IMG/VR virus record: IMGVR_UViG_3300048609_000057
Coordinates: 1-29,030 of that record
Direction: 5' to 3' (one strand)
Origin: a virus
Length of the DNA: 29,030 nucleotides
Below the pieces are notes generated by a model, which was not told the DNA's origin, made no database searches, and saw only the letters and a program-made list of their open reading frames with translations. Shown in pieces: positions 1-8,991 of the stretch (positions are counted from its first letter, which is position 1; each line of letters starts with the position of its first letter). The translations under genes were made by a program, and so were the position numbers.

Positions 1-426
1 CTTCGAGGACGTGCGCTCAACGTTGGTACCGGTACGGCCATCCAGCGCCGTATAGGTATTGTCGACGACTTCGGCGTGCATCTGCAGCCCAGTCAGCGAG
101 GCAGGAGCGAACCGCCCTTCTGGGTCACGTTCTGGCTGCAATGCATCGATCAGGCTCTTCATACGCCGACGCGAAGCATCGTTCTCGTTGTCCACTGGAT
201 ACTTCTGTCGGATCGTGCGACCCTTCACAGAGCCCTCCGAGAGGACACGGAAGGTGACGGCCATACAAGGCTTCCCAGAAGCACTGACATCCATCTCGGA
301 CTTGATCACCTCGAAGTCGTACACCCCAGGATCCAGTCGATTCGACCGTCCGTCCCACGGCTCCAACTCGGGATCATTGAGCCGCATGTCGATGAAGTCT
401 AGGTACTGTTGCGAGTTCTGAGTCAT
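1..426 (-). CDS. Partial CDS; the start is in the window and the gene runs off the left edge. DUF669-like phage protein, a putative ssDNA-binding partner of the adjacent AAA_24 ATPase.
   Basis: It is absent from the ORF track because there is no in-window stop. My reverse-strand translation from the ATG at 426..424 gives MTQNSQQYLDFIDMRLNDPELEPWDGRSNRLDPGVYDFEVIKSEMDVSASGKPCMAVTFRVLSEGSVKGRTIRQKYPVDNENDASRRRMKSLIDAL..., open through position 1. A strong SD, AAAGGTGG, lies 4-5 nt upstream on the minus strand. The GxYxFEV...SG.P...F.V..G...GR.I pattern and the position beside Sak4 are typical of DUF669. Confidence 0.6.
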   Translation of the reverse strand, partial: MTQNSQQYLDFIDMRLNDPELEPWDGRSNRLDPGVYDFEVIKSEMDVSASGKPCMAVTFRVLSEGSVKGRTIRQKYPVDNENDASRRRMKSLIDALQPERDPEGRFAPASLTGLQMHAEVVDNTYTALDGRTGTNVERTSSK

Positions 427-453
427 GGTTCCACCTTTGCGTTGTTGATTCGG

Positions 454-1278
454 CTAAGAAGAACGAGCAACACCAACGGGCCGTCCATTTGGTTGTTGTT
501 GTTGAACGATTGGAGGAGCTATACCCAACACCTCCGCAAATGACCGATACGTACAATCAGGAACGAAGATTGGCGTATTCGGATCCTCCTCTGTAGATGT
601 CCAGTAACCCAACGGATCGGGCAACGCACCTTCGTCACGCCCTCCTGCAGGGTAGTTTTGCCACCGCTTGGTGCGCATCTCGAACTGCAAGCCACCGTTC
701 GGAATCAGGTAGGAACGGTGATACATGATGTAGTCAGTACCAGCAGCAAACTTCATTGCTTGTTGACCGCTAATCATCGGCGATCCCATAGGACTATCAC
801 TATCGGGAGATTTCTCTAAACACACCCAAACAACGTTTACAGGCAAGTTGTGGATTTGTACGCGTAAGGATCTGAGGCCCATGCCCAATGCACCGTAGAT
901 CTGGCGCATATCAGGGGCTTTTCCTGGTGCTCTAGCGCCAACCAACGTTTCGAGCAGCAGATCGTTATAGAACGAGAGCGAGTCGATAACGATCGTCTGA
1001 ATCTGACCTGCTTTGATCAACGGCTCGACGTCACCAATCGCCTGCATCATGTCGGAGATCTTTTCGATCGCCCACACACGTGGACGTCGATCAGGTTCCC
1101 ATAATACGTTAGGATCCATGTGGCGGATGGTTGTCCAACCGCCCTCGGTAGATTCCGAGAAAAACAACGGTCGTGGCCAACTTGCAGCCCACCGCGTCTT
1201 TCCTGATCGCATCGCACCGTAGGAAAGCACTGTAGTACGCACTGACGGACTTGGGCCGGATACGTCTATTTCGCGCAT
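454..1278 (-). CDS. AAA_24 / Sak4-like RecA-fold ATPase (phage recombination/replication)
   Basis: 274 aa. The Walker A motif YGAMRSGKT is near the N-terminus, and size and layout match the AAA_24 family. It is flanked by DUF669-like and Cas4-like nuclease genes on the same strand. Confidence 0.8.
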   Translation of the reverse strand: MREIDVSGPSPSVRTTVLSYGAMRSGKTRWAASWPRPLFFSESTEGGWTTIRHMDPNVLWEPDRRPRVWAIEKISDMMQAIGDVEPLIKAGQIQTIVIDSLSFYNDLLLETLVGARAPGKAPDMRQIYGALGMGLRSLRVQIHNLPVNVVWVCLEKSPDSDSPMGSPMISGQQAMKFAAGTDYIMYHRSYLIPNGGLQFEMRTKRWQNYPAGGRDEGALPDPLGYWTSTEEDPNTPIFVPDCTYRSFAEVLGIAPPIVQQQQPNGRPVGVARSS

Positions 1279-1568
1279 TTTCGCTTCTTCTCTAAAGCAG
1301 ATGTGATAGTTGAATTACGACGATCCCAACCACAAACGAGACAACGTGGCCCTTGTCCTTTTGGAATCGGCTTGAAACAACACGGACAACTCTTTTGTGG
1401 GCGGCCCCGCATTGACGGCAACACTGCATGCGCAGCATGAACCTCGATGATGGGACAACTTTCGTCGCGACAGATCGCTGTGTCCTCGCGCCAATCGTCC
1501 AAACACACGACCTTGCACTTCCCACTCAAGACAGTCTCATTACGCCTACGGAGTTTGTTGGAATGCAC
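1266..1568 (-). CDS. Small Cys-rich protein, probably a zinc ribbon (hypothetical)
   Basis: The track ORF 1266..1688 overlaps the nuclease gene in another frame. An in-frame GTG at 1568 is preceded by GGGAG 6 nt upstream and gives about 100 aa with CKVVC...C...CPCC...CLVC cysteine clusters. The start is uncertain. Confidence 0.35.
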   Translation of the reverse strand: MHSNKLRRRNETVLSGKCKVVCLDDWREDTAICRDESCPIIEVHAAHAVLPSMRGRPQKSCPCCFKPIPKGQGPRCLVCGWDRRNSTITSALEKKRKCAK

Positions 1569-2892
1569 AATGCTCCCACTGACTACACATCCCGTAACGT
1601 GTAATGCAATTAGCGCGCGCCCGCGGATAGGTGCCAGTGGCCATGATGAATTGTCGTAGTCCTTGCCACATCCGCAGGTCAGCTCCATGTTGGTTGATCT
1701 GCCACCGTTGTGGGACTACGCGCGTACGGTGGAACTGTTGGGCCTTTTGCTTGCCGATGATGTTGACGATGACACCGGCTAGTTTGCCAAACTTACGATT
1801 CAACTTGAGTCGAGACCAAAGCATGATCTGACCAAGAACTTCACCGTCGTTTGACCAGCCTTCTAACGTTCCTTTATCAAATCTGCCGGCGCTTTTATGC
1901 TCGACTATATAAGTTCCAGCTGTAAGACTAGAATCAGCTTTTTCAACTTTTGCTATTAGATCGTAACGAGCCGACTCTCGCGTGTTTGGATCTACTACGT
2001 GGTACTCAACTGCCAGTGGAGTCAAACAATCTTGCTCGTAGTAGAGTGTGTAGCCAGAGAACAACCGCCAAGTTTCAAGCAACACTTGCGCATCGCAGCC
2101 AGCATCCATCAATTCTTTTTGCATCATCTCAGGCGTGATTGGATACGTCGGATCGATAATCCTTTGGTAGTACAACGCCAACATGGTGTGTATGGCCGAG
2201 CCGATTTCCATGTAGCTAGGCGGTCGTCCTTGCTCCCGCAAGCCGTCGACATACTGCCGCTTGAAGAGATAGGGGCAGCGTTGAAAAGTGCTAAAGCTCG
2301 ACCACCCCAAGTCCCCAGACGCCCCACCAAGCCTATCTACTTTGTATTTCTCGAAGACCTGCTTTAGCCCATCATCAAGAGGAACAATCGACGAGTCCCG
2401 ATCTGTAGGGATCCAAAGCTCGCCGTCGTCTTTGACTTGTGCCCCGGGGATTAGCGGCAATAACGGGCCTTCTTCAACCGGTGCTGTAGCTACTGCTGCT
2501 TTGCGTTTTCTAGTTTTTCGCGGCGGAGGAGCTTCGGGCAATACAGGAAGCTCGCTGCCGTAATCAGGCTCATCAGTTTCAGCAACAACATCTTGAACGG
2601 GTACCGGCGGCGCTTCTGACGAGGCTACATCAGTGGGTGGCTCCATCTCGTAGATCAAGCCGTCATTCGCGATGTAATACTGACGATCGAGAGATGCTCC
2701 TTGATCGTCGACGAGGATCGCGACACAAGCTGCGCCTTCGACGTGAGCAAAGATGCCGTCTGCGCCGGTCTGGTAACATGTGTCATCACAAACCGCGCAC
2801 TGAACTGTTACCTCTTGTGCATCGGGCGCGTCGTAGATCGTAGGAGTGATCTCTTCTGTGTTGCTCGGCGTAAGACTTCCGTCTTGATTCAT
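1546..2892 (-). CDS. PD-(D/E)XK Cas4/RecB-family exonuclease with an N-terminal Cys-rich extension
   Basis: 448 aa. It has an N-terminal nuclease Cys (QRCPYLFKRQY), an IVEHKS (ExK) motif and a C-terminal C..C...C cluster (CITRYGMCSQWEHC), as in Cas4-like Fe-S nucleases. The first ~100 aa form a separate Cys-rich domain (CAVCDDTC...C) joined by a basic linker. An SD (AGGGGAA) precedes the ATG. Confidence 0.75.
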   Translation of the reverse strand: MNQDGSLTPSNTEEITPTIYDAPDAQEVTVQCAVCDDTCYQTGADGIFAHVEGAACVAILVDDQGASLDRQYYIANDGLIYEMEPPTDVASSEAPPVPVQDVVAETDEPDYGSELPVLPEAPPPRKTRKRKAAVATAPVEEGPLLPLIPGAQVKDDGELWIPTDRDSSIVPLDDGLKQVFEKYKVDRLGGASGDLGWSSFSTFQRCPYLFKRQYVDGLREQGRPPSYMEIGSAIHTMLALYYQRIIDPTYPITPEMMQKELMDAGCDAQVLLETWRLFSGYTLYYEQDCLTPLAVEYHVVDPNTRESARYDLIAKVEKADSSLTAGTYIVEHKSAGRFDKGTLEGWSNDGEVLGQIMLWSRLKLNRKFGKLAGVIVNIIGKQKAQQFHRTRVVPQRWQINQHGADLRMWQGLRQFIMATGTYPRARANCITRYGMCSQWEHCAFQQTP

Positions 2893-2996
2893 CGATTCCC
2901 CTGACGCCTCGGTCGAAGCGCGTTAAGACGACGCGTAGTGGTCGTGCCCGATGCTGAACGGGTTACTTACCACCACGCTGTGACAAGCTGCAACTA

Positions 2997-4598
2997 CTAG
3001 ATGCCTTCTTGCGGTCCGGCAAGGAAGGAATCCATCAAACGCTGCATGTCAGCCTTCTTGGGATCGAGATCAAAAGCCTGTGCAATCACATCGATAGCCG
3101 ACTCAGCCGCCGGCACACCGAGCTGTTCACCAGTCGCACATTTTTCTTGAAGGGCAGCAACAATACGGCGATCGATACTGTGATCAACGATCAAATAGGT
3201 CACCGTCATAGGTTGTACAGGCGAGAAAGTACGCATTTCAGCCTGTGCTACCGTTGTAGGCGTGAAATCGACTTCTGCAAAAATGGCGTGACGGGCATGG
3301 GATAGATCGATGGCTACTTGCCCCACCGAGATTGTTAGGACCAGCGCAGCAACTGGTGCTGCACGCCAAGCTGCAATCGTATCTTCTCGTTTATCAACGG
3401 TATCTTCACCAGTAGAACAGAAAGCTGGGTAGTGCTTACCGATCGCACTTGCGATCGACTGGGCAACAGCTCGATGCCATGTCCAGATCACTACTGGTTC
3501 ACCACTGTCTAGTACGCGAATGGCCACATCGACCGCTAGCGGGACTTTGAGTTGTCCAAGCAGTCGACGAAAACGAGCCAGGTTTCCAGCCTGTGTCGCT
3601 CGTTTGGTCACATCGCGGGCCTTCTCAGCAAGCAGCTCGACTTGAAAAAGCTGCTTCTCGGTAACGTCAGCGACCTCGGTACACCGCTCGATTGGAGGCA
3701 GATCGTCGTGTACGTCTTGCCAGGTCCGGCGAATCATCACCTCAGCTATGCGGGCACGAAACTCCTCGACGTTGCTAGCGCCGTTGTACTTCGTACCGTA
3801 CGGTGTTAGCTGCGGGTCCGAGTATCGCTGGCTGAAGTCATACAAAGATCCCCAGCCTCCAGGATTCAAACACGACAAAATTCCCCACATCCCTCCAGGA
3901 CGATTCCAAAGCGGCGTACCGGTCGCCGCTATGACCACTTCAGAGTGGTATGCGAGCAGTTGGGCTGCTTTCGTGCGCTTTGTTTGCTTGTTGCTGAGAA
4001 GGTGCGCCTCGTCGAACACCAATGTGCCGATTCGTCGAAGGCCGAAGTTCTGCCAAAACGGCAAAATGTCATAATGTATGAAGACACAGTCGGCGTCCCG
4101 TAACTGGTCCGGTTGGTAGTTACGACCCTTGACAATGATTGGCTCACGCCCAGGATGGCACAACCGCATCCACCGAGCCCAAACCTCACGTGCTGCCAGC
4201 GGCCCTACTACTAATAGCGGCCCGCGATCAGGGTCATGGGCGGCTACAGCGGTCAGGGTCTTGCCCATGCGCATCTGATCAGCTAGTAGTGTTCCTCTGC
4301 GATTGTTGATGAACTCGACACCTTCGTGTTGGTACCCACGTAGACGAAATCCCGACGGTTCTGTTTTTTGATCGCGTGCGATACGCAAAGCGAGATTTGG
4401 TGGCGGTAACACTAAAGCTTGTGCAGCTTCAGGATGTTGTCGTACGAGCAGCGGAAGATGAGATCGATGCACGCCGATTTTGGAGCCGTACAGCTGTAGG
4501 CCTGGTGCTGGTGAGATCTCGGGTGCCCACTCCTCGGGAATGAGCCACCAGTCGCGCCGCCGTGTATAAGGAACGAGCTGCACACCTCCCCTTAACAC
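2997..4598 (-). CDS. SNF2-family (SF2) DNA helicase/translocase
   Basis: 533 aa. Motifs are LRGYQHEGV (Q/motif Ia context), MGKT (Walker A), DEAH (motif II), ATGTPLWN (motif III) and C-terminal helicase motifs. The start is GTG. Confidence 0.85.
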   Translation of the reverse strand: MLRGGVQLVPYTRRRDWWLIPEEWAPEISPAPGLQLYGSKIGVHRSHLPLLVRQHPEAAQALVLPPPNLALRIARDQKTEPSGFRLRGYQHEGVEFINNRRGTLLADQMRMGKTLTAVAAHDPDRGPLLVVGPLAAREVWARWMRLCHPGREPIIVKGRNYQPDQLRDADCVFIHYDILPFWQNFGLRRIGTLVFDEAHLLSNKQTKRTKAAQLLAYHSEVVIAATGTPLWNRPGGMWGILSCLNPGGWGSLYDFSQRYSDPQLTPYGTKYNGASNVEEFRARIAEVMIRRTWQDVHDDLPPIERCTEVADVTEKQLFQVELLAEKARDVTKRATQAGNLARFRRLLGQLKVPLAVDVAIRVLDSGEPVVIWTWHRAVAQSIASAIGKHYPAFCSTGEDTVDKREDTIAAWRAAPVAALVLTISVGQVAIDLSHARHAIFAEVDFTPTTVAQAEMRTFSPVQPMTVTYLIVDHSIDRRIVAALQEKCATGEQLGVPAAESAIDVIAQAFDLDPKKADMQRLMDSFLAGPQEGI

Positions 4599-4890
4599 AC
4601 CGTGCTGACGTCGCTGTTGTCAAAGGACAAAACAAGATGTGGACAACGATTGGTTACTGCCCGAAATCTAAACGGGAGTTGTGCCCACCGACTGTGAATA
4701 AACTGTGAAGAACCAAACTGATGTTGACGATGCAACACGAGTCGGTGTAAGGAAGCCGCCGATGTTGCGCCTGTCAGAGGGAAGGAGTAGACTTGGTAGT
4801 CCACGGTGTCGAGAGATCCATACCTCTACGACCCAACTCGGACACTTGCCCACCCTGACTCCGTGGAATCACACATCACGGGAGTAGCGC
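4599..4890. promoter_or_regulatory. Divergent intergenic control region between the minus-strand replication module and the plus-strand gene run
   Basis: 290 bp non-coding between divergently oriented genes. It contains the inverted repeat TTGTC-aaag-GACAA (4617-4630) with a further GGACAA at 4642-4647, and a direct repeat ACTGTGAA x2 spaced 11 nt apart (4691-4698, 4702-4709). Confidence 0.5.
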
Positions 4891-6519
4891 ATGCCGGGAC
4901 AAGTGATCCGAGGCAACTTCGGGGGTAATCCAGGACAACCTGGCGGCAATAGTGGAGGGACACCACCTGGTACTCCCAGCGCCGTGGCGTTGTCGCGATT
5001 TCGTATCTGGGACATCCGCCACGACAAGCGACTCGGATCCAAAGATGTAATGATCCGCGCTATCTTCAACTTCATTTGGGCGACGGAGATCCAACGCGGT
5101 GGTGGCAACCTAGTTTTGTCAACACCGGAAAACCGTTGCTACTTGTTGTCTGGCCTCACACAACAGCTGTATGAGATTAGCTTACGCGACGATAACTTCA
5201 CTGCTTACTTGTGGTACCGCTACGGCCTACTCGACACCGAGCAGGTCACTAAGCACACAGGTTCATCGCTGAAAAGCTACTGCAGGATCCTCGGGCGCAA
5301 ACGCGAGATGCGCCGTTTTACGTTTTTCGACGAGCGCACCAACAGCCTCTACGTCAGCAAATATGACGGTACGTGCTGGAAACTCGACGGGGAAACCTTC
5401 GAGACCGTCTCGAACGGCACCGGCTACGCGTTGTTCATTGATGACGACGGCGGCGTGCCGGTTGAGGATCCGGTAGTTGGCAACCACGGCGAGCTTCTAC
5501 CCATGCTCGTCGGGAACGTACAGTTCGTCGAGTCTACGCAGGGCGGGATGACTCCAGCCCAGCAACGGCTAATGCTAGCAACCTGGCTCTTTGCTATTGC
5601 TTTCCCAGAGCTGATGCCTGCGAAGCCAATGTTGCTTTGTGAAGGAGAAAAGGGCAGCGGTAAATCGCTCGCGGTTCAGCTGATCCAACGGGTCGTCCAC
5701 GGCAAACAGAAGACCTTGTCTGTCGGCAAGAGCGACGAGAAGGACTTCGGTGTGCACATCCTGCGCTCGCCGATTTGCCTCCTCGACAACATGGATTCGT
5801 TCGTCGACTGGTTGCAGGACACCCTAGCGCGCTACGTTACCGGTGATGGGTGGACACGAAGAAAGCTTTACACAGACGACCAGCAGGTAGAGGTCAAACC
5901 CGAAAGCTTCCTCGCCATCACCTCACGGAACCCGATCTCGTTCAAGCGGGACGATATTGCGGACCGCTGCATCATCTTGCGGATGGAGCGGAGAACGTCC
6001 AATACGCCGCTGTCGGTCTTGTTCAAGAAGGTCAGGGAAGAGCGAGAGTCGTTGTTTGGTGAGTGGCTTTGGTTCTTGAACGAGATCGTTCGCGAGATCC
6101 GTGCTGGAACCCTAGATGCGTACGCTGAGAAGAGCCCGCACCGTCTCGCGGACTTTGCAGCGCTCGCTCACGTCATCGGCAAAGTGCTCGGGGAGACCGA
6201 CGAGACGGTGGACGAGATGCTCGACGCGATGGAGGCCGAACGCGAGGCGTTGATCACCGAAGGGGATCCGCTACTCGACCTTCTTGATCGGTGGCTAGAG
6301 AACCAGAACAACGTTGGGCGACAGGTCGTAGTCAACGATCTCCACAAGGAGCTGTCCGAGATCGGGAAGCAGTACAACCGGCCCTTCTTCAAGTCACCCT
6401 CAACACTCGCCCAAAAACTACGCGGTCAGTCGTTGCAAAAACAATTTGACGCTCGTATCGTAGGCACGCGTGGTAACGCCAAGATCTACGAGTTCAGACG
6501 CCTAAAGAAAGACCGATAA
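4891..6519 (+). CDS. Primase-helicase of the VirE / D5 / P4-type (SF3 helicase C-terminal domain)
   Basis: 542 aa. Walker A LLCEGEKGSGKSL is followed by a Walker B-like ICLLDNMDS and an arginine-rich C-terminal region, as in VirE/D5_N-type replication proteins. The Gly/Pro-rich low-complexity N-terminus is (GNFGGNPGQPGGNSGGTPPGTP). An SD, GGGAG, precedes the ATG. Confidence 0.7.
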   Translation: MPGQVIRGNFGGNPGQPGGNSGGTPPGTPSAVALSRFRIWDIRHDKRLGSKDVMIRAIFNFIWATEIQRGGGNLVLSTPENRCYLLSGLTQQLYEISLRDDNFTAYLWYRYGLLDTEQVTKHTGSSLKSYCRILGRKREMRRFTFFDERTNSLYVSKYDGTCWKLDGETFETVSNGTGYALFIDDDGGVPVEDPVVGNHGELLPMLVGNVQFVESTQGGMTPAQQRLMLATWLFAIAFPELMPAKPMLLCEGEKGSGKSLAVQLIQRVVHGKQKTLSVGKSDEKDFGVHILRSPICLLDNMDSFVDWLQDTLARYVTGDGWTRRKLYTDDQQVEVKPESFLAITSRNPISFKRDDIADRCIILRMERRTSNTPLSVLFKKVREERESLFGEWLWFLNEIVREIRAGTLDAYAEKSPHRLADFAALAHVIGKVLGETDETVDEMLDAMEAEREALITEGDPLLDLLDRWLENQNNVGRQVVVNDLHKELSEIGKQYNRPFFKSPSTLAQKLRGQSLQKQFDARIVGTRGNAKIYEFRRLKKDR

Positions 6520-6531
6520 CAGGAGAACACA

Positions 6532-7071
6532 GTGAAACACGCAAGACCCGACTATGATCGGATGCAAGACCCAGCCAACAAAATCCCCACCGACGAACCT
6601 GTTTTTCTCATTCGCGGCCAGGATGTCTCGTCTGGTGCCGCAGTACGCGCATGGGCGGACTTTAATGATCAAAACGGTGGTGACAGCAAATTATCACAAC
6701 TTGCTCGGGACCACGCCACACTAATGGATCAGTGGCCACACAAGAAGCTGGCAGATCTCGGATCAAGCAAACGTACGTGGTCAAGCCGCGATCTCGCAAT
6801 GTTCATCGTAGAACAACTTTCTGAAAGAATAAACGAAGATGAAGAATGGTGTCTGGTGCCGACTATTGTAGAAACAGTAGGCTTCGTTGCTGTAGAGATT
6901 GCCGGAATGACTATCTGGGATGATCAAGACAACAACGCGCGATTGAATGATGGAGACACTCCAACTAGTGCTCTTGAGTACGCTGAAACGCAGCTTCACG
7001 GTATCATCAACGCGTTGTTGTCGTTGGCGGCTGTACAGTTGCATGGAGAAGCTTCGGAGAAGCTTTCATGA
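6532..7071 (+). CDS. Hypothetical protein
   Basis: 179 aa ORF with a GTG start preceded by AGGAGA. No recognisable motif. Confidence 0.5.
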   Translation: MKHARPDYDRMQDPANKIPTDEPVFLIRGQDVSSGAAVRAWADFNDQNGGDSKLSQLARDHATLMDQWPHKKLADLGSSKRTWSSRDLAMFIVEQLSERINEDEEWCLVPTIVETVGFVAVEIAGMTIWDDQDNNARLNDGDTPTSALEYAETQLHGIINALLSLAAVQLHGEASEKLS

Positions 7072-7333
7072 CGGTCGGTTGCAAGGAATTTGGTGGAGAA
7101 AGCTTGTGACTACTGCGCAGGTGGTGACGCGCGACGATGGCGCAGCTGCGAGTAGCATTGAAGCATTACACAACGAAACAGCACGGCTGCTGAAAGAGAT
7201 AGATCGCTTGAAGATGCCAGCAGAGGTTGTGTTGGCACTGAACATATTGCTGAGACACCTTGAACCAGGATGGGACAACTGTCGCACGGTTGTAGAACAC
7301 TGGCTTGACGAGAAGAAGTTTCTGTTTCGCTGA
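7043..7333 (+). CDS. Hypothetical small protein (start uncertain)
   Basis: The C-terminal part of track ORF 6947..7333 looks protein-like (coiled-coil LLKEIDRLKMPAEVV). The ATG at 7043 overlaps the previous gene, and there is no clear SD. Confidence 0.3.
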   Translation: MEKLRRSFHDGRLQGIWWRKLVTTAQVVTRDDGAAASSIEALHNETARLLKEIDRLKMPAEVVLALNILLRHLEPGWDNCRTVVEHWLDEKKFLFR

Positions 7334-7370
7334 AGCACTACAGCCACCGAACGCACAATGCGAACTAAAT

Positions 7371-8753
7371 ATGTCAGATCTATCAGACTACCCCTTCACA
7401 CAAGCTGTGCTTGAAGGACGCGAGCGGTGGGCACTAGTCGATCAAGACTGTCTGGAATTCCTTGCGTTGTTACCAGACAACTCGGTTGATGCCGTCATTA
7501 CGGATCCGCCCGCTGCGATCTCTTTCATGGCGAAGGCGTGGGATTCATTTAAGAGCCGAGACGCCTTCATCAAATTCTTAGGAGATCGCCTCGTACAATG
7601 CCTGCGTGTGCTCAAACCAGGTGGTCACGCGTTCGTTTGGGCGCTGCCTCGTACGTCCCACTACACAGCACTCGCAATAGAGAACGCAGGATTTGAGATT
7701 CGTGACCGTGTCACACACGTGTTTGGTACGGGCTACAACAAGAGTCAGGCACTCCTGAAACCAGCGGCTGAGGATTGGTGGTTGGCACGTAAACCCTTCA
7801 AAGGGACGTTGAAGAACAACTTGAAAAAATGGGGTGTAGGACAGCTGAATCTCGATGCTTGTCGAATTTCTACCGCTGAGAAGTTGACCCGTAAGTTGGG
7901 AAAGACTACTGTGTCCGCATCGGGATGGCGTAGCGTTAATCGATCGCCTATTGCAGGCAAAGATGGTGGTAGGGTACCAGCCAATTTTATCTTGTCCCAC
8001 AACGAGGACTGCAAACTAGTAGGACACGTAGACGTGCCCGCCAGTAGCGGTGTTGTCAACGGTACCGAACCAAGTCCTAAAACAAGTACTGTATTTGGAA
8101 CGTTTGACCACCGCGCCACATGGACACCACATGGTAACTCTGACGGCACAGAAACAGTCGAAGTTTGGGAGTGCACGTTAGGCTGCCCTGTCGCACTGCT
8201 GAATCAACAGAGTGGAAAATCAAAATCCCGTAAAGGCAAGCCGCGCAAGTCTAACAAGCCTGGTGACGGATGGGGAATGACCAAGACAGGTGCGGAATAT
8301 GATGACGAGGGCGGCGCCAGCAGATTCTACTACGTAGTAAAACCTTCTCCACGAGAGAAAGAAGCAGGTCTTGAAGCGCTACCAAATCATCCTAAAAACA
8401 ACATCTACGGAAACGGTTTGAACGGCGCAACCAAAATCCGTACTGAAGAGCAGGCATTGAACGGGGTTGATAGAGGTAGTGTCAAGAACACACATCCAAC
8501 AGTGAAAAGCATTACTTTGATGCGGTATTTATCTAGGCTTGTAATACCTCCAAATGGGCTAGTAATCGACCCGTTCGCGGGTTCGGGTTCGACTGGTTGT
8601 GCAGCTCTGCTGGAAGGCTTCCGGTTCATTGGTATAGAGATAGAAGCTGAATACCGGACGATTGCCATGGCGCGGCTCACGTATTGGGAACAACAAGCTA
8701 GGGAAGGAAATGCAGCTGACACGAGTAGTCAACCTGCACAAGGCGTCGTGTGA
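7371..8753 (+). CDS. Beta-class DNA amino-methyltransferase (N6-adenine or N4-cytosine) with an atypical DPPA catalytic motif
   Basis: Motif IV, SVDAVITDPPA, precedes the HPTVKSITLMRYL motif and motif I, IDPFAGSGSTG (beta-class order, PF01555-like). A Lys-rich insertion is GKSKSRKGKPRKSNKPGDGWG. I chose the ATG at 7371 (MSDLSDYPF) after the upstream small ORF stops at 7333. The track start at 7305 is the alternative. Confidence 0.8.
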   Translation: MSDLSDYPFTQAVLEGRERWALVDQDCLEFLALLPDNSVDAVITDPPAAISFMAKAWDSFKSRDAFIKFLGDRLVQCLRVLKPGGHAFVWALPRTSHYTALAIENAGFEIRDRVTHVFGTGYNKSQALLKPAAEDWWLARKPFKGTLKNNLKKWGVGQLNLDACRISTAEKLTRKLGKTTVSASGWRSVNRSPIAGKDGGRVPANFILSHNEDCKLVGHVDVPASSGVVNGTEPSPKTSTVFGTFDHRATWTPHGNSDGTETVEVWECTLGCPVALLNQQSGKSKSRKGKPRKSNKPGDGWGMTKTGAEYDDEGGASRFYYVVKPSPREKEAGLEALPNHPKNNIYGNGLNGATKIRTEEQALNGVDRGSVKNTHPTVKSITLMRYLSRLVIPPNGLVIDPFAGSGSTGCAALLEGFRFIGIEIEAEYRTIAMARLTYWEQQAREGNAADTSSQPAQGVV

Positions 8754-8991
8754 TGTTTACATCGGACGCCCTTCGATTTTCGGTAACCCGTTTCACGCAC
8801 AAAGTGACGCAGATCGCCTCGGCGTAATTGAACAATTTCGTACTTACTTCTTAGACCGCGTCAAGAATGATTCTGAGTTTCGTAGCGAAGTAGAGAAGTT
8901 GCGTGGAAAAGTGCTCGGTTGTCATTGTGTCCCGAAATTTTGTCACGGACACATCATCGCGGCATATCTAAACGGAGAACTAGGTGGATAA
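8710..8991 (+). CDS. DUF4326-like protein
   Basis: MQLTRVVNLHKASCDVYIGRPSIFGNPF...GCHCVPKFCHGHII. The N-terminal VYIGRP..GNPF and C-terminal CHC...CHG motifs match my memory of DUF4326. AAGGAA lies directly upstream. It is the first of four tightly coupled genes ending in the MVP homologue. Confidence 0.65.
   Translation: MQLTRVVNLHKASCDVYIGRPSIFGNPFHAQSDADRLGVIEQFRTYFLDRVKNDSEFRSEVEKLRGKVLGCHCVPKFCHGHIIAAYLNGELGG

Noticed and set aside
59-421. Plus-strand ORFs 59..421 and 76..402, and minus ORF 125..358, at the left edge
   Set aside because: They are Ser/Arg/Gly-rich with no motifs. The reverse strand here encodes a convincing SD-preceded protein (the DUF669-like gene) that reads through to the window edge, so these are shadow ORFs.
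2400-2520. NLS-like basic stretch (PPPRKTRKRKAA) in the Cas4-like nuclease, as a hint of a eukaryotic virus
   Set aside because: The context is prokaryotic, with SD sequences before most starts, a lipobox lipoprotein, ATGA-coupled genes and a YbaB-like domain. Short basic linkers are common in phage DNA-binding proteins.
7305-7370. Track start of the MTase ORF at 7305 (MTRRSFCF...)
   Set aside because: It would overlap the upstream small ORF (stop at 7333) and adds a non-conserved leader. The ATG at 7371 (MSDLSDYPF) immediately follows that stop. The 7305 start cannot be excluded.
2997-8753. SNF2 helicase plus DNA methyltransferase as a DISARM/BREX-like defence island
   Set aside because: The helicase is small (533 aa) and sits in a phage replication cassette with Sak4, Cas4-like nuclease and a VirE/D5 primase. 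No DUF1998, PLD, PglZ or BrxC/L partners are present, and the MTase is a short beta-class enzyme.
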